The position numbers and the translations under genes are program-made. The notes below the pieces were generated by a model. The model searched no databases and was not told the origin of the DNA. It worked only from the letters and a program-made list of their open reading frames with translations. This document shows, one piece after another, positions 62,398 through 64,000 of a stretch of DNA of 64,000 nucleotides. Within the stretch, counting starts at the first letter, position 1. Each line of letters starts with the position of its first letter. This DNA comes from Nymphon striatum (taxonomy: Eukaryota): contig JABFOP010000225.1 of assembly GCA_016618385.1 (NCBI GenBank), forward strand, positions 15,735 through 79,734. Reading direction: 5' to 3'.

Positions 62398-64000
62398 GTG
62401 AACATACTGTTTTCAGAAACAGCACCAGAAGTGCACGAGGAGTTTGCAGCTGGCAAATTCACAGTTCACCAGACTGCAAGAGACTTCAATGGTGTGTGGA
62501 CAGACCTTGCCCTTGAACAGACCTACAATAGGGAAGGTAAAACAAGTATCTTTAAGGGTATAACGCAGTTGGAGTCAGCACGAGAAAAGTATATTAAGGC
62601 TCTACCGTTTATGACCTCCGTCTCTGAAAGTGTAAAACAGATGGCACACATGACCTCGTCGCAATCTGACCACCACGAGAAACTAAGGAAAGACGACATG
62701 GAAGCTGTGTTGCAGATCAAACGGACCGTGGAAGAGAAGATGCAAAACCCATTCCATCCTTCACTTGCGACAGATAAACTAATGAATATATCCACAGGTC
62801 AGATTCTTGCAGCAACTACCCTGGTAGATGCCAAACGTCTAGACTTGAAGGCAATGGATGCTGCCACTACGACGAATGCAGACAAGATTGTCTAACCGAA
62901 AATGGAAACATTCGCCACACATCTGATGAAAATTCAGAAAAAGATCGACACTGTGAAAGAAGTCATCAGAGAGGAGAGTGCAGTGACAAGGGCACTTTGT
63001 TTCGCACAGAATCTGAGTGATGAGGCACGGACTGAGGGATTTAGTTACGAATGGCTTGAGTACCCTCCGTCGTTGTTTGAGCCAGAGAAAAATGGATATT
63101 CTATGCGGAAAGGTTGCAAATCCACTTATCTATCCACTCTACAGGCAGAAGTTGCCAACTCATGGGAACCGTTAAAAGAGTTGCCTCCTTCAGCAGCTGA
63201 TGCAGTTTATGTAGTCGATGCAAAGGCATTCATCCAGCGGCTCAACGCACTTGGTTCGAGTGCATTTGGCCAACTTCAGGAAAGGTACAGGGAGAAACTC
63301 TTGAATATGAAACCCAGACATTGCACTGGAGTGCATTTCGTGGACGATCAATAAGATTTTGGGTTAAAGAGTCTAAAGGGGGATGAACGCCAGAGACGGG
63401 AGTCAAATATCAACTTGCCAGAGTATGTTCCAGCGGACAGCATGAAAATCCCTTATTGGAAGACATTGCTATTTAACCCTTGTAACAAGACCAATATGCT
63501 GTCTTATCTTGCTTCACGTTGGTCTCAGGAGGCATCCTGGCCTGCTGGCTTCTGCCTGGTCCTTGGGGTGAACGCCCAGGCAACTCGTGTGACGCAGACA
63601 GAACATACCGATGTTGATGAGCTGTATTGCCCTAACCACGAGGAGGCGGACACCAGAATCTTTGCTCACATTGCTAGTTGTGACGACAACAACGTATTTT
63701 TCATTCAGGCTACAGATACAGATATCATCGTCTTGGCAATGTATCATTTCCCTCGATTGTCAAACGTTGTTGAGTTATGGGTGGAGAAGAATGATCTGTT
63801 CCTCTTCATCCATGATTTAGTGAATGAGTCGGCCAAAGCAGTTGGAAAGGACGTGTTAGCACTCACAGACACACTGCTCATCTCATACATTCTGTCCGGT
63901 TGTGATTCGGTGAGCTTTCCTTTCAAACGAGGTAAGAAGAGAACAGTGAAAGTCGCACTCGAGCATGTTGATAAACACCCAGCTTTGTCCAATTGCATCC
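62398..64000 (+). CDS. Long ORF (runs off the window) encoding a 5'-3' exonuclease/FEN-like PIN nuclease domain. Two in-frame TAA codons (62893, 63352) suggest a pseudogene or decaying transposon ORF.
   Basis: Motifs AVYVVDAKAFIQRLNALG (compare vLLVDGssLlyRa), NHEEADTRIFAHIA (compare GYEADDvIatLA) and FIQATDTDIIVLAMY (compare vvTgDKDllQLv) in the canonical order and spacing of the 53EXO/XPG-N/I fold. The same frame continues across both stops. Confidence 0.55.

Overview
This window is eukaryotic: it is AT-rich and intron-dense. It most likely comes from an invertebrate (mollusc- or cnidarian-like) genome, to judge by the transposon content. All coordinates are approximate (+/- about 5 bp) because I worked by eye. 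Nearly the whole window (about 2579 to at least 60690, minus strand) is one very large multi-exon gene. It encodes a STAND-type ATPase: a DUF4062 N-terminal module (VFISSTFLDMYAERDLLV ... DFRWG ... FFIGMLGERYGW), a NACHT P-loop NTPase (Walker A GRPGSGKTSLM, Walker B RLFIFIDGMNLL), then many WD40-repeat exons. Upstream coding exons on the same strand (55.4-60.7 kb) fit a TEP1-like (telomerase/vault protein 1) architecture; NWD1-like is the alternative. For about 20 exons I checked splice sites and reading-frame phase across neighbouring exons and they agree. The introns carry at least 25 transposon insertions. These include a previously unclassified large element with very long terminal inverted repeats (TIRs), present as two full ~4.7 kb copies plus one fragment. 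There are also three RTE-type LINE 3' ends (one with a perfect 16-bp target-site duplication, TSD), Penelope-like RT and GIY-YIG fragments, a miniature LTR (TRIM-like) element, and an internally deleted Tc1 element. Smaller insertions are a hAT C-terminal fragment, several MITEs (one piggyBac-like with TTAA TSD, one hAT-like, one nested inside the large TIR element), a tRNA-derived SINE family (at least 6 copies) and a tRNA-like perfect hairpin. The other notable signal is a multi-copy ORF family encoding a FEN/XPG/5'-3' exonuclease-like PIN nuclease domain. One copy lies on the plus strand at 62.4-64.0 kb and is interrupted by in-frame stops. A second copy lies on the minus strand at 46.65-47.96 kb and is split by a hAT-like MITE. 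No prokaryotic-type systems (CRISPR, operons) are present; the tandem arrays seen here are transposon-internal satellites.
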